A stretch of 64,000 bases of DNA from Lachnospiraceae bacterium. Its GTDB lineage: Bacteria; Bacillota; Clostridia; Lachnospirales; Lachnospiraceae. A program made the translations under genes and the position numbers. Every line of letters starts with the position of its first letter. The stretch's first letter is position 1. Location: positions 27,800-91,799 of the forward strand of contig JBJEMA010000074.1 in the NCBI GenBank assembly GCA_051879435.1, read 5' to 3'. The notes beneath the pieces are model-generated. The model did no database searches. It saw only the letters and a list, made by a program, of their open reading frames with translations, and was not told the origin of the DNA. This document shows positions 17,243-27,511 of the stretch, in pieces.

Positions 17243-18334
17243 TCAATCCGTTTCCCGCACTGCCCTGTCCTGCAATTCCTTTTCCATGCGGGCAATAAAA
17301 TGTATGGGGGAAAATGCATCTGTATAACCATAATCCGGGGGTGAATTTTTTTGAAAAAACGTAAAATTAATTTCTTCCGGTTTGGAAAACACCTGCATCC
17401 GGTCCGGGTGATAGTAACGCATTTCCTTCACCAGAGGATTATCCGTCAATAGTTTTTTTCCATAAGTAACAGCCTCATAGGCGCGCAGGGAAATGCCGCC
17501 ACTGTAATCCCCAACAATATCCACAATACAGTTTGTCTGCATCGTCTGGCGTAAAACCTCAGGATAAGGTATGGGACGATTATAGATAATTCCATCCTTC
17601 TTTTCCCGGTGTTCATCGGAATAACAAATCCCAAACCTGCAATTCAGTCCGGCCTTCGTAAGCACCTCATACACCTCTTCAATTTTTTTCCCGCGCCCGC
17701 TGTCAATGCCCCAGAAAAATGCGTCTGTTTTGGAAACATAGTCCTCATCCGCAGGCAGTCCGGTTACGCTCTTTGCCGGAAAACCTTCCGTTTCTTCCGT
17801 ATCATGCAAATCCGGAGGCAGACCTTCCGCAGTTTCCCGATTCTCCAAAATATGTGTTGAGTAGTATGTGTCAAAAAAATCAATTTTTCCCGGTACCGCG
17901 TCCGGTTTGTGAAATGTGTAAATCAGATCAAAATCCACCTGTCGCATATTCATTTGCGCCCTTTGGGAATAATAAGAACGAAAACTGTCCAGGAAATACA
18001 TGGCAAGGTGCACATGGTATTTCTTTTTCAGGGCGTTCAGCTGCCCCGGCTCAAACCATGGAAGGGAAACATTATTGAAAACCAGACAATATTCCTCTTC
18101 CGGTTTCAGTGACAAATCTTTTAATGGACTAAATTTATTCCAGATATTTCGGAAAGGAAGGGGATTTTTTTCGTTCCATTTTCTGGCATGATGCAATTTC
18201 CACAATCCGTGAAGTACCTTAGGAATCTTCGGAAGGCGGGAATCGATTACAACATTATTTAATTGCTTCAAATCGGCGAACAAAAGATCAAACAAATCAT
18301 TCTTTTCTCCGCCTGTAAATATGATAAACTGCAA
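17243..18334 (-). CDS. Putative GT-B-type glycosyltransferase of unknown family
   Basis: C-terminal FWGIDSGR...IPYPEVL...IVDI...GISLRAYEAVTYGKKLLTDN resembles a GT-B nucleotide-binding half. Start set at TTG 18334 behind AAGGAG (track start 18409). Confidence 0.6.
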   Translation of the reverse strand: MQFIIFTGGEKNDLFDLLFADLKQLNNVVIDSRLPKIPKVLHGLWKLHHARKWNEKNPLPFRNIWNKFSPLKDLSLKPEEEYCLVFNNVSLPWFEPGQLNALKKKYHVHLAMYFLDSFRSYYSQRAQMNMRQVDFDLIYTFHKPDAVPGKIDFFDTYYSTHILENRETAEGLPPDLHDTEETEGFPAKSVTGLPADEDYVSKTDAFFWGIDSGRGKKIEEVYEVLTKAGLNCRFGICYSDEHREKKDGIIYNRPIPYPEVLRQTMQTNCIVDIVGDYSGGISLRAYEAVTYGKKLLTDNPLVKEMRYYHPDRMQVFSKPEEINFTFFQKNSPPDYGYTDAFSPIHFIARMEKELQDRAVRETD

Positions 18335-18410
18335 GTTATTTCTCCTTCTTTCCCTTGGAAATACTTTCTTCTTGCATTTCTCGGCAATTCCCTTTCCCCG
18401 GCCGGGCATT

Positions 18411-19406
18411 TTAATATTGCCCCAAAATTTTCTTTACTGCTCTTTGGAACTTTGCAAGATAATATCCCATTCTCGTTGCATTCCGCAATCGCTTCAAATC
18501 CTTTGCGCCATCCCGTCTTTCCTTATGCTCATATATGGCAAGGGCTACTGTCAGATTCTGTTCCTTTGCGGTTTGGTAAAAAGGCATGGCACTCTCCGGA
18601 TGTAAGGCGTCTCTTTGCGCATAAAGCAATTGAAAATCCGGATAATGACGAACTAAGGAAAGTTTTTGGTTTTCCGGCGCAACCAATAATTCAATGCTGT
18701 ATCCAATCATATTGGAACAGGCTTTTTTTAATGCATCATTGCTGTTCCATGAGGAACCGGATAATTGACGATAGGCACCCATACAATCCGGCAGATAATA
18801 CATTTTCCCGAATTGAAATAAATAATAGGTAATGTTGTTGTCGTCAAAGTTGTTGGCCAGCGCGCCTTCCGGCGGACACTCTGCAAAGACATTCCGAAAC
18901 AACAGGGCGTTCGCCTGCAGGAACATTAATTTCCAGTATTGCTGCAGGGAAAATTTTTGTTCTTTTTTTGCCCGGCAGAGGGGTATGCTTGTTCCATCCT
19001 CATAGACAAGAGAAAGATTGTGCGCACACATGACACAATCCCGATGATCGGGATTATCCAGAACGGCCACCATTTTCGAAATCCGGTTTGGGGCGGAATA
19101 ATAATCATCCCCATCCAGGAAACTGCAATATTCTCCCTTCGCCTGTGCCCAGAGACGCAGCCTGTTTTCGGCAGAACGCACCACCTTGTTATATTCCACC
19201 CCTGCTTCCCTTGGCATTTGAAAGAAACGAATTTTTTCCGGATAACGGTTTATGTAAGACTTCACAATTTCCACCGTCTTATCCGTAGAACCATCATCTC
19301 CCACCAGAATTTCGTAATCGGGATAGTCCTGTTGCAAAATGCTCTCCAGCGTCTGCGCTATATATTTTTCCAAATTGTAGGTTGTTACCAAGATACTGAC
19401 TTTCAC
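18411..19406 (-). CDS. Glycosyltransferase family 2
   Basis: VSILVTTYN, VGDDGSTD, FLDGDD. Start set at GTG 19406 behind GGGAG, which removes the overlap with the upstream GT4. Confidence 0.88.
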   Translation of the reverse strand: MKVSILVTTYNLEKYIAQTLESILQQDYPDYEILVGDDGSTDKTVEIVKSYINRYPEKIRFFQMPREAGVEYNKVVRSAENRLRLWAQAKGEYCSFLDGDDYYSAPNRISKMVAVLDNPDHRDCVMCAHNLSLVYEDGTSIPLCRAKKEQKFSLQQYWKLMFLQANALLFRNVFAECPPEGALANNFDDNNITYYLFQFGKMYYLPDCMGAYRQLSGSSWNSNDALKKACSNMIGYSIELLVAPENQKLSLVRHYPDFQLLYAQRDALHPESAMPFYQTAKEQNLTVALAIYEHKERRDGAKDLKRLRNATRMGYYLAKFQRAVKKILGQY

Positions 19407-19464
19407 TGAAATCTCCCACATAACCATGCATTTTCCTTCGGACAAACCACTTGTGTCAAGCCTT

Positions 19465-20715
19465 TTACTTGTTTTGCAGTTTGTGAATGGAAGGAAATTT
19501 GCGAAGAAACGGCATGCTGTGTATTCCATGCCAAATGCGGCGCAGCCATTTCCCATTATTGCTAAAATCTGCCACGGGAGGACGGTATACCGCCTTCTTA
19601 CCGTTTGTCACCTCTTCCAGCACCCGAATCCACTCCGGCATAATTTTTTCCGGCAGAAATGCACTATGGGCAAATGCCAAAGCCTGCGCTCCAAGCATCT
19701 TATTTTTTTCTTTGTCCTTCAAAAGCAAAATCACATTATCTGCCAGAGAATCCGCATTCTTATAAAGCAAACCGGTTTTCTGATGCTTCACGGTATCCAA
19801 AAGCCCATTCTTCATCCGTGATACGATGGGAACGCCGCAGGCTTCCATTTCAATCGCCGCCAGGCAAAAGGTTTCCGTAGCCGCCATGGGATTTACCACA
19901 CCCACTGCAGTCTTTCGATATAAATCGTATTTTTCTTCCCCCAGAATGCCATGGAATATCACATTTTCCATGAGTTTTCCGTCTTCCGTAATGCCCGACA
20001 AAAACATTTCCTCATAAGACGCTTCCGCGATTCCCAAGGGACCCAGTTCTGCATTTTCATCGTACAATTTTCCGGTTCCCAGCACATGAAGCGTAGCCTG
20101 CGGAACCGCTTTAGAAATGGTCTTCCACGCAGCTGCCAATACATGAAAATTTTTCTGGTAAATCAGGCTTCCCACATAGGTTACCGCACAATCCCATGGT
20201 TCCTCCCGGCCGGCACACGCTTTGTCTGCCGGCGGGGTAAACATGTTAAAAACAAAGTCCATTTTATCGATAATTATGTCGTCCAGATAATTGTCATACA
20301 TCTGTCGCCCAACGCAGATCAGCCGCTTCACACTATCACATTTTTGAAAAAAACGAATCTCCTTTGGAGTCAGATAATTATGACACCAGATCATATAATT
20401 CCGGGGATATTGTTCCAAAAGGCCGTACACATCATCTTCCTGCCGATTTTTCAGCAAAACCACATCGGCATTTTCCTCCATGCATAGCTGAAATGCCTGC
20501 GCAATATTTTCCACCTTTTTTCCCGGTGCCGGCAGAATGTTATCCCGGAAATGAAACATGGTCAGTTCTACCATTTCCCCATATAACTTCTGTAAATAGT
20601 ATGCCAGCATCAAGAAGCAGTATTCTGTTCCCCCTATGCCCGGATTTCCCTTTTCCGGATGAGAAAGGTCCTTGTCCCTTATTCCATTGTCCTGAAAAAG
20701 CATGGCAATTTTCAT
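19465..20715 (-). CDS. Glycosyltransferase family 4
   Basis: GIGGTE, YVGSLIYQKNF, ETFCLAAIEMEACGVPIV, DTVKHQKTG. Confidence 0.88.
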   Translation of the reverse strand: MKIAMLFQDNGIRDKDLSHPEKGNPGIGGTEYCFLMLAYYLQKLYGEMVELTMFHFRDNILPAPGKKVENIAQAFQLCMEENADVVLLKNRQEDDVYGLLEQYPRNYMIWCHNYLTPKEIRFFQKCDSVKRLICVGRQMYDNYLDDIIIDKMDFVFNMFTPPADKACAGREEPWDCAVTYVGSLIYQKNFHVLAAAWKTISKAVPQATLHVLGTGKLYDENAELGPLGIAEASYEEMFLSGITEDGKLMENVIFHGILGEEKYDLYRKTAVGVVNPMAATETFCLAAIEMEACGVPIVSRMKNGLLDTVKHQKTGLLYKNADSLADNVILLLKDKEKNKMLGAQALAFAHSAFLPEKIMPEWIRVLEEVTNGKKAVYRPPVADFSNNGKWLRRIWHGIHSMPFLRKFPSIHKLQNK

Positions 20716-20735
20716 TGATTATTTCCTCTCCGTTT

Positions 20736-21908
20736 TTACAGGAATTTACGAACTCCCGGAATCTTTTTCAAAATCCAGGTAAGGGCAAATCCCAGACAGG
20801 TAATCCACAGAGCAAACAAAATGTCATACACCATAACATTCATCCAGCCACTGTGGTTTGCAAAGAAGTACTTTATCTGTGTCAATATACGGATTCGTTC
20901 CAGCAAAAGGGGATGCATAAGATAAACTCCAAAGGTACACGCCCCCAGCGTTTCCAACAACCGGATAAGCCAATCCGGCATTTTTTCCTGCTTCACACAG
21001 GTCTTTGCCGTCAGCATCAGGGTGATGGAATTAATGGCAGCAGAATAGCCATAAAAACTTTCTACCGGGGTGTATACTCCTTCCGTTATGGAATAGCGAT
21101 AGGTCCAGTAACAGCTGATGGCAATCACAAAAACATCTGCAATCCACAAAGGAATCAGCCATTTCTTCTTTCCGGAAAGATCCACCATGTGATGGAAAAA
21201 ATATCCGGCGCAAGGATAAAATATTACCAGTTCGGATAATCCCAGAAAACTGAAATAATAATTCATACTAAAATCCGGAATCGCAACCTCCAGCATAGGC
21301 ACCGCCACATCAAAGATTCCATACAGAATAATGAAATACCAGAAAAGTTTTCGATCCAGATTTTGCACCAGTTTCCGTAAAAACGGTACAATAACAAGAA
21401 AGCCGATATAAGCATACAAAAACCAGAACGGCGTCAGCCAGCCCTGTCGGAAAAAGACGGAAAAGAACCGGGCCGGACGAAATTCCTCAACCCCATTCAT
21501 AACATCCCCAAGATAATAAATACCGGAGAACACCAGTAAATCCACAAATACCCGGCCAATCCGATGAATCCATAAATTCTTCAGGGATTCTTCCTTTTTC
21601 CCCAGAAGAAGCGCTCCGGAAATCATAAAAAACAAAGGTACCGGAATACGGCTGAAAATAGTCATAAACAAATAGAGCCAATAGTAAAAAGACCCAAATT
21701 CCACATAGGCATATTGCGGACCACCATCGGTATGGTTAAATACAACGAAATAGCATGCCATAATTCGCAGAATTTCCATATAAATATATCGGAATTTCCC
21801 GGAATTTTGTTTTAGCAGATGTTCCGTTTTGGAATTTTGTTTATGCAGATTAGCCAAACCGGGATTCACTTTTTCATTTTGTTTTGTCTCTTGCATAGAT
21901 TTCCTCAT
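20736..21908 (-). CDS. Acyltransferase family 3 (membrane O-acetyltransferase)
   Basis: MEILRIMACYFVVFNH, RIPVPLFFMISGALLL, FWFLYAY, TFGVYLMH. Confidence 0.9.
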   Translation of the reverse strand: MRKSMQETKQNEKVNPGLANLHKQNSKTEHLLKQNSGKFRYIYMEILRIMACYFVVFNHTDGGPQYAYVEFGSFYYWLYLFMTIFSRIPVPLFFMISGALLLGKKEESLKNLWIHRIGRVFVDLLVFSGIYYLGDVMNGVEEFRPARFFSVFFRQGWLTPFWFLYAYIGFLVIVPFLRKLVQNLDRKLFWYFIILYGIFDVAVPMLEVAIPDFSMNYYFSFLGLSELVIFYPCAGYFFHHMVDLSGKKKWLIPLWIADVFVIAISCYWTYRYSITEGVYTPVESFYGYSAAINSITLMLTAKTCVKQEKMPDWLIRLLETLGACTFGVYLMHPLLLERIRILTQIKYFFANHSGWMNVMVYDILFALWITCLGFALTWILKKIPGVRKFL

Positions 21909-21932
21909 TTTATGTCTTATTGAAAATGCTTC

Positions 21933-23633
21933 TTAGAATAAAGAGGCAAATATTTTTGAAATATTCCGCACAATTCTGCGTGAGTCCTCGGTCTGGAAAG
22001 CGGCTTCCATCGGAGAAAGAGATGCCAGGTAAATCAGTACCATGAGGCAGAGCCACTTATGACAGCGTACAAATGAACTAAACTTTTCCTGAAATTCCTT
22101 CATCCCCGGGTCCTTCCGATAACCAAGATACATTAGTTCAAAAAATTGAACTCCAAGGGCTGCGGAAAACCACCGGCCCCAATCCATGGTGAGTACAAAC
22201 TGGACCAGAATCAACAGATTCGCTAAGGTCATCCAGAAATATGGTGTTCTGACCAGCATTTTCCAATTTTTCACCCCAGTTTTCTCCCAGATACATTTCC
22301 AGGCGTTAAGAACCACCAGGAGCACCGGGAAAAGAAGTGTAGCGTTGACAAATCCTCTCTCCCGCAAATATTCATTGTTACCGGTCACAATCATAGGCTC
22401 AAAAAACAGATACCAGGAATTTTTTATACTGCCAAAAAATTCGCATTCCAACGCCATTTCACTGATTTCCATATCGGTTCTTTGACACAGAACCGGATAC
22501 AACTCCTCGAGGGAATCATAATGAATACCGCTGCAGAACTGAAAATAGAGAAATGAGCCCGCCGTGCACAAACACACCAGTATCATTCCCACAATATTTT
22601 TTTTGTTTCCTTTCTGCTCTGCGATATCCCACACCATAACAGCAAACAACATAGGAAAATACAGGAATAAATAAGCCTGATAAGTAGCCATACAAAGCAG
22701 GGTAACTACCGCATAAAGAACATATTTCAGAAAACTGTTTTTAACCTTCTCTGCCAGCAGAAGAAACAGCAACAGAAAAGCCAGCACAAAGGTTTCCACC
22801 CGGCCCATATTTTCTGCCGTCCACAAAAAACCAATATTTCCCGGCATAACCATATACAAGACCACCAGAGCCATACATGCCGCTTTTTCCATTTCCTCTG
22901 CCCGGTTCAGATAGGTTCCCATCATAATGGCAAGACATAGAATAATAATAAGATAGCCCAGATAAACGGTGGCAAGAATCATTTTCTCCGAAATAAATCC
23001 TCCCCCCGTGAGCAGGGAAAGAAGGGTGCCCACCAGCAGCCTGGAACTTACCCCGTCTCCGTAATTCATGGCATACCATACCGTAGCCCAACTGTTTAAG
23101 TTGCCATCAGAATTCAGATACATTTTTACCAGAAAAATCACAAAAATTCCGATTCCATAACGGCTGCTATATACCAGATTTTTCACCTTCTGCCACCATA
23201 TATAAAATGCGGATTGTTTTTCATTACAAAAAAGAAGTAACTTACATAATCGGCAAATTCCATATGTCAAAAGCAGAGACAGGGAAAAGCGAAGAAGTGC
23301 AGATACACCGTAAGAAGAAAGGGGTGCATCCAATAGACTTACCCGCTTAAAATGATCCACAAAATAAAGGAGCGGCACCGCCACAAAAAAAGAAATCATT
23401 CCACCAAGCAGAAGTTTTGAGCCCCCCCGGTTGGAATTGCGCGTTCCGTCAAATTCATGAAGAATCAAAACCCCGGCAGGCAAAACCAGACAATAGATGC
23501 CGTAATATTCCGTAAATGCGGTGAAAATCCCAAGAAAACTCCGGTCTCTGGCGAAAAGGAAGGACAATACGCCAAATACCCCGTATAGAATTAATAAGGA
23601 TATAATGATAATCCCTCGTTTCATACCTTTCAT
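21933..23633 (-). CDS. Polytopic membrane protein, possible GT-C
   Basis: More than 12 hydrophobic segments; NYGDGVSSRLLVG loop and MDWGRW motif; family uncertain. Confidence 0.6.
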   Translation of the reverse strand: MKGMKRGIIIISLLILYGVFGVLSFLFARDRSFLGIFTAFTEYYGIYCLVLPAGVLILHEFDGTRNSNRGGSKLLLGGMISFFVAVPLLYFVDHFKRVSLLDAPLSSYGVSALLRFSLSLLLTYGICRLCKLLLFCNEKQSAFYIWWQKVKNLVYSSRYGIGIFVIFLVKMYLNSDGNLNSWATVWYAMNYGDGVSSRLLVGTLLSLLTGGGFISEKMILATVYLGYLIIILCLAIMMGTYLNRAEEMEKAACMALVVLYMVMPGNIGFLWTAENMGRVETFVLAFLLLFLLLAEKVKNSFLKYVLYAVVTLLCMATYQAYLFLYFPMLFAVMVWDIAEQKGNKKNIVGMILVCLCTAGSFLYFQFCSGIHYDSLEELYPVLCQRTDMEISEMALECEFFGSIKNSWYLFFEPMIVTGNNEYLRERGFVNATLLFPVLLVVLNAWKCIWEKTGVKNWKMLVRTPYFWMTLANLLILVQFVLTMDWGRWFSAALGVQFFELMYLGYRKDPGMKEFQEKFSSFVRCHKWLCLMVLIYLASLSPMEAAFQTEDSRRIVRNISKIFASLF

Positions 23634-23789
23634 GGTTCAAGATTCCTCGTTTCTCTTTCCTTTTTCTCTTTCCTGATAACTCTTTTTTTCATCCGGGCTG
23701 CCGTTCGGCTTTTTCGTCTGATTGTTCATTTCCCGGAGGCTCCTGTTTGACTTTATGTCCGGAGACTACCGTTCGGCTTTCCTTTTGCA

Positions 23790-25190
23790 CTACATACCGC
23801 CCTTGCGAATTTGCAGCCCCACCGTCAAAATCAGGTTAATTACGATACCGATTGCAAACAAAGCATAGAAAGCCACAATAACGATACGGTTCTTTTCATA
23901 GCGTTTTGCAATCTGCCTGTACAAAACGGCTATATTATAGAGAAATGCAAAATACATAAAGATCAGCGTTCTGTGCCATGAAGAAAACATGGTTGGGGAA
24001 AGCATCAACGCCATTCGTACCGCAAAACCACAACCAAGCGACCAAATGCATATTACACTGTCTCTGTACCGTTCCCGCCAATCTTTTTCTTCTCTATGCT
24101 CCATAATAAGCCAAATGGTATATACCGAAGCGAATATAAACAGTAATAAACCTGCGATTTCACTGAATTGAATAAACTTTGTTTTCCCATCCGTCAGGAA
24201 AAGAGCCGGCGTCGTAAAATCGTAATTGGTTTTTCGTCCAATCAGAAAATCCTTCATAAAATAACAACCGGTAAAAAGCACATCCACAAAAAGCGGAATT
24301 CCTGCAATCATATTCTTCCATGGCGCATTTTCCTTTTTCCATCCGGCCAGAGCCACACACAAGGCAAAAAGAAAAAAGATCATATCCGGAATCATAACAA
24401 AATGCTCAAATACAAATACCGCACAAAGTCTTGCCTTATCCATAAAGGTAAGGTCGAAAAATTCCGGCATCCAGTTCATTGCCTCCATGGCCGTTCGCTC
24501 ATCATTTCCCGGTGCAGAAAAAGCGAAAATAATTCCGGCCAAACCTACCAAAGCGCCCAGAATTTCATACCATGGACATTTCTTTTTCACAAACACTATG
24601 GCACAGACAAAAACCATCACAAGCATGGTTGCCGACATTTCACAATTGGCGGTAAAAATCATAGCTATCATTCCCGCCAGATACTGCCACACTGCCACTT
24701 TTTCTTTCCGGGCCTCCCGGTAAACAATTGTCAACGCATACAACAAAGCAGCCAGTGGCCACAAATAATTCAGGGAAGTGCAAATCCATCCTGCAGAACC
24801 CATGTGCATAAAAGGATAACAGGCAAATAAAAGAAAAACAATCACATTTCCCTTGCTTGTTTTGTCATTAACCAGCAAAACCGTAAGGCAATGAAAAACC
24901 AGGGCACAAATCAATGTGTCAAGAATCTGCCACACCGCGAAAGGATATTTTACCAGGGTAAATAAAATTGCCTCCGACAAAACCCGTGAAGAATCGGTGA
25001 TGTAACGATGCATCAGCAGTTCCAAAAGAGAATCATAGGAATTTCGCACAATAACAAAATAGGCATCGTCATTGGTAAAACCCACAAAGGTGGCATGCAG
25101 AAACGCAAAAAATACTGCATTTACCACCATCATAATTCCGTATAAATTTTTCTGTTTCTTTTCTGTTCCCATATTTCTATCCGTTATCAT
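23790..25190 (-). CDS. DUF6056-like membrane protein, probable GT-C glycosyltransferase
   Basis: TNDDAYF acidic motif after TM1, W..SSR-type DSSRV, SAGWICTSLNYLWP, APGNDER, SPTMFSSWHRT. Confidence 0.7.
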   Translation of the reverse strand: MITDRNMGTEKKQKNLYGIMMVVNAVFFAFLHATFVGFTNDDAYFVIVRNSYDSLLELLMHRYITDSSRVLSEAILFTLVKYPFAVWQILDTLICALVFHCLTVLLVNDKTSKGNVIVFLLFACYPFMHMGSAGWICTSLNYLWPLAALLYALTIVYREARKEKVAVWQYLAGMIAMIFTANCEMSATMLVMVFVCAIVFVKKKCPWYEILGALVGLAGIIFAFSAPGNDERTAMEAMNWMPEFFDLTFMDKARLCAVFVFEHFVMIPDMIFFLFALCVALAGWKKENAPWKNMIAGIPLFVDVLFTGCYFMKDFLIGRKTNYDFTTPALFLTDGKTKFIQFSEIAGLLLFIFASVYTIWLIMEHREEKDWRERYRDSVICIWSLGCGFAVRMALMLSPTMFSSWHRTLIFMYFAFLYNIAVLYRQIAKRYEKNRIVIVAFYALFAIGIVINLILTVGLQIRKGGM

Positions 25191-25217
25191 TACATATTTC
25201 GCCGGCCCCGCGGCTTA

Positions 25218-25286
25218 TGGCTTTCCGGTCTTTACCGGCTCACAGTTTTTTGGCTTTCCGGTCTTTACCGGCCCACGGCTTTTGGC
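25218..25286. repeat. 33-bp-period intergenic tandem duplication
   Basis: TGGCTTTCCGGTCTTTACCGGC exact at 25218-25239 and 25251-25272. Confidence 0.85.
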
Positions 25287-26303
25287 TTATTTCTGCTTCC
25301 GTTCCCGAAACCAGGATTGCACTTGATATTTCTTTTTGTTGAAAAGATGCATCGGTCGTTTTACCACATCCAGCACATCTTCCACCTTGTTGGCATCCTT
25401 CAGTTTTTTCTGGTAATCCCGTCCCAGATACACCATGTTCCTGCGTTTTGCCTCCGTGAGGTCCTGGTCGAAAATGTTTCTCAAAAATGCGTGGCAATAA
25501 TCCGTTTCCAGACACGCCTTCGCCTGGGATTTCTCCGTCACAATCGGCGTCTTTATCATTTTCAGATACAGTTCATCATTTTCATATATTTCTTTGACAC
25601 GGGCCACAACAGCGTCAAAATCCGGATAATCATACACATTAATAAAACTTTCCGGATTAAATTCTTCTGCTATCCGTGGACTGCCCCAGTAAATTGGGAT
25701 CGTATCCGATGCAAATGCCTCAAAAATTTTTTCTGTGGTATAACCGTTCATGGCGGAATTTTCAAATGCCATGGTGAAACGGTATTGACGGGCAAATTCA
25801 ATTTTATCTGCTACGGGGCCTCCCACATTGTTGCGGTATCTGCCCCCGGAATCCACCGGCAGATAGCCATTCAGCGCCTCTACCATCTTCTCCCGTTCCC
25901 CTGCTGCATAAGGATTGGATATTACATAGTTACAGAATTTCTTCTTCGCCAGGTAATATTCATCCGAAAATGTATGCTTCGCAAGGGCAAGAGGAATCAC
26001 CTTGTCATACAGGGCATACAGAGGAAGACGAAGATACCGGTCTTCAAAATCAATATAATGGAATCCCATGGCATAATCATAAAGATTAAAATCAGGAATA
26101 ATATTTTCTCCCGTAAAATAAATCTTTACGCAATCGTTATAGCGGAAATGCTTTCTGCTGAAACAACTGCAGAAAACATAATCCGGTTCATCGGAAATTT
26201 CCACCTCATAGTATTCTTCCAGAATTTTCTGGAAATAATTGTCTTTCGGGTCAAAATTTGGCCAGAAATCAATGTAATTTATTTTGATTTTTTTCTTATT
26301 CAT
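25287..26303 (-). CDS. GT10 alpha-1,3/4-fucosyltransferase-like protein
   Basis: KIYFTGEN, DYAMGF..I..EDRYLRLP, KKFCNYVISN, VDSGGRYRNNVGGPV, YRFTMAFENS...GYTTEKIFEAF...IPIYWG, FINVYDY. Confidence 0.9.
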   Translation of the reverse strand: MNKKKIKINYIDFWPNFDPKDNYFQKILEEYYEVEISDEPDYVFCSCFSRKHFRYNDCVKIYFTGENIIPDFNLYDYAMGFHYIDFEDRYLRLPLYALYDKVIPLALAKHTFSDEYYLAKKKFCNYVISNPYAAGEREKMVEALNGYLPVDSGGRYRNNVGGPVADKIEFARQYRFTMAFENSAMNGYTTEKIFEAFASDTIPIYWGSPRIAEEFNPESFINVYDYPDFDAVVARVKEIYENDELYLKMIKTPIVTEKSQAKACLETDYCHAFLRNIFDQDLTEAKRRNMVYLGRDYQKKLKDANKVEDVLDVVKRPMHLFNKKKYQVQSWFRERKQK

Positions 26304-27511
26304 TGTTCATCCTTTTTGTCCGCACACATTGTTCTCCACCGGATTCCCTGTAAAAAAGGAAGGGCACCCGTCATCAGTATCCAGACGCCATTTTTATTGT
26401 AATACGGAAGAAATGCTTCCCCGTAACTATACAGGGTAAAACCCAGCACCAGCATCATTCCGTAATAATTTTTCTCCCGGTATAATTTCCGGTAAAACCA
26501 GAAAAGCAGAACCAGATAAAGCAAAAGGAATATAAACCCCTGATTATACAAGGCATTGAAAAATCCTACCTCCGTTGCCTCAGGAAACCATGGTCTTCCC
26601 ATCCAGTTCGGTTCCACGGAAATAAAGATTTTATAGGCATCCTGAAGCCGTCCGGTTGTAAGTTTATCCAGCATTACCCAGGGATCAAAGCCCCAGAAAT
26701 ACCATTCCCGGATATACGGTAGGAAAAACAGAATGGCTGCAATAGAGGCCAGTTCCAGAACCATAATCACAAGGCCACTGACATACAACAATTTTCCATG
26801 GTCCCGGCGGCGATTATAGCGGGCAAGGAAAAAGAATGCCGTTGTAACCACCATCGTAGCCATTCCCATTTTGGAATTGGCAAGAAACATAAGAATTCCA
26901 AAGGCAATCATCCAAAGGGTATAACCCCACCATCGCACTTTTCTTCCATAAGCGAATAATCCGAAAGCATAAACCTTAAAAGCAAATACTGAAAATCCGT
27001 TAGGATTAAAGAAACCAAAACAAAACCGTGTGGTCTCACCGCTTCGGAAATTCTGTGTCAGACTAACCTCATTGTGCAGACCGAGAAATGCCAGCAAAGC
27101 CGTCACCAGCATAGCAGCCAGCGTCCCCCAGAAAAACACCTTTATCACCTGTTCGGCCTTCTTATCCCTTCCGGCCAGCAAAATCAAAAGTACCCGCATA
27201 ATAAGCGCACTGCTTTGAAAATAATAACTGAGCGCCCCATAAACTCCGCATAGCAGAAATATAGGAAAATCCTGTTTCAGATTCATGGTCAGCAGAATTT
27301 TCCCGGCAAAACATAACATTCCCAGCAGAATAATCTGCATCTCATGATAATTACCGTAGGCATACCCGGTAAAGGACACCGTGAGTTCGCATAAAATTCC
27401 AAGCCAGAACAGGGCATCTGCCACACGCAATTTTAATGTTTTTGATTGATCATCGTTGCGGATTTCTTTACCAATAGCATCCATTTTCCACATTTTTTCC
27501 GTTTCCATCAT
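26300..27511 (-). CDS. Wzy-like polysaccharide polymerase
   Basis: About 11 TMs, RFCFGFFNPN, NSKMG, LDKLTTGRL, late loop EVGFFNALYNQG. Confidence 0.7.
   Translation of the reverse strand: MMETEKMWKMDAIGKEIRNDDQSKTLKLRVADALFWLGILCELTVSFTGYAYGNYHEMQIILLGMLCFAGKILLTMNLKQDFPIFLLCGVYGALSYYFQSSALIMRVLLILLAGRDKKAEQVIKVFFWGTLAAMLVTALLAFLGLHNEVSLTQNFRSGETTRFCFGFFNPNGFSVFAFKVYAFGLFAYGRKVRWWGYTLWMIAFGILMFLANSKMGMATMVVTTAFFFLARYNRRRDHGKLLYVSGLVIMVLELASIAAILFFLPYIREWYFWGFDPWVMLDKLTTGRLQDAYKIFISVEPNWMGRPWFPEATEVGFFNALYNQGFIFLLLYLVLLFWFYRKLYREKNYYGMMLVLGFTLYSYGEAFLPYYNKNGVWILMTGALPFLQGIRWRTMCADKKDEQ

Noticed and set aside
19454-19459. Perfect TTGACA upstream of the GT2
   Set aside because: No convincing -10 at 16-18 bp (best is GAAAAT).
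19407-19556. 92-bp overlap between the GT2 (track start 19556) and the upstream GT4
   Set aside because: It disappears with the GTG start at 19406, which has a GGGAG SD.
23422-23428. C7 (G7 coding) tract as a phase-variation site
   Set aside because: Only 7 nt, gene in frame, and no long poly-G/C tracts of the contingency-locus type anywhere in the window.
23637-23729. 30-aa in-frame upstream ORF ending in UGA 3 nt before the 566-aa membrane protein (readthrough or selenocysteine?)
   Set aside because: The downstream ATG has its own GAGGA, the peptide is low-complexity, and no SECIS-like hairpin was evident; probably chance.
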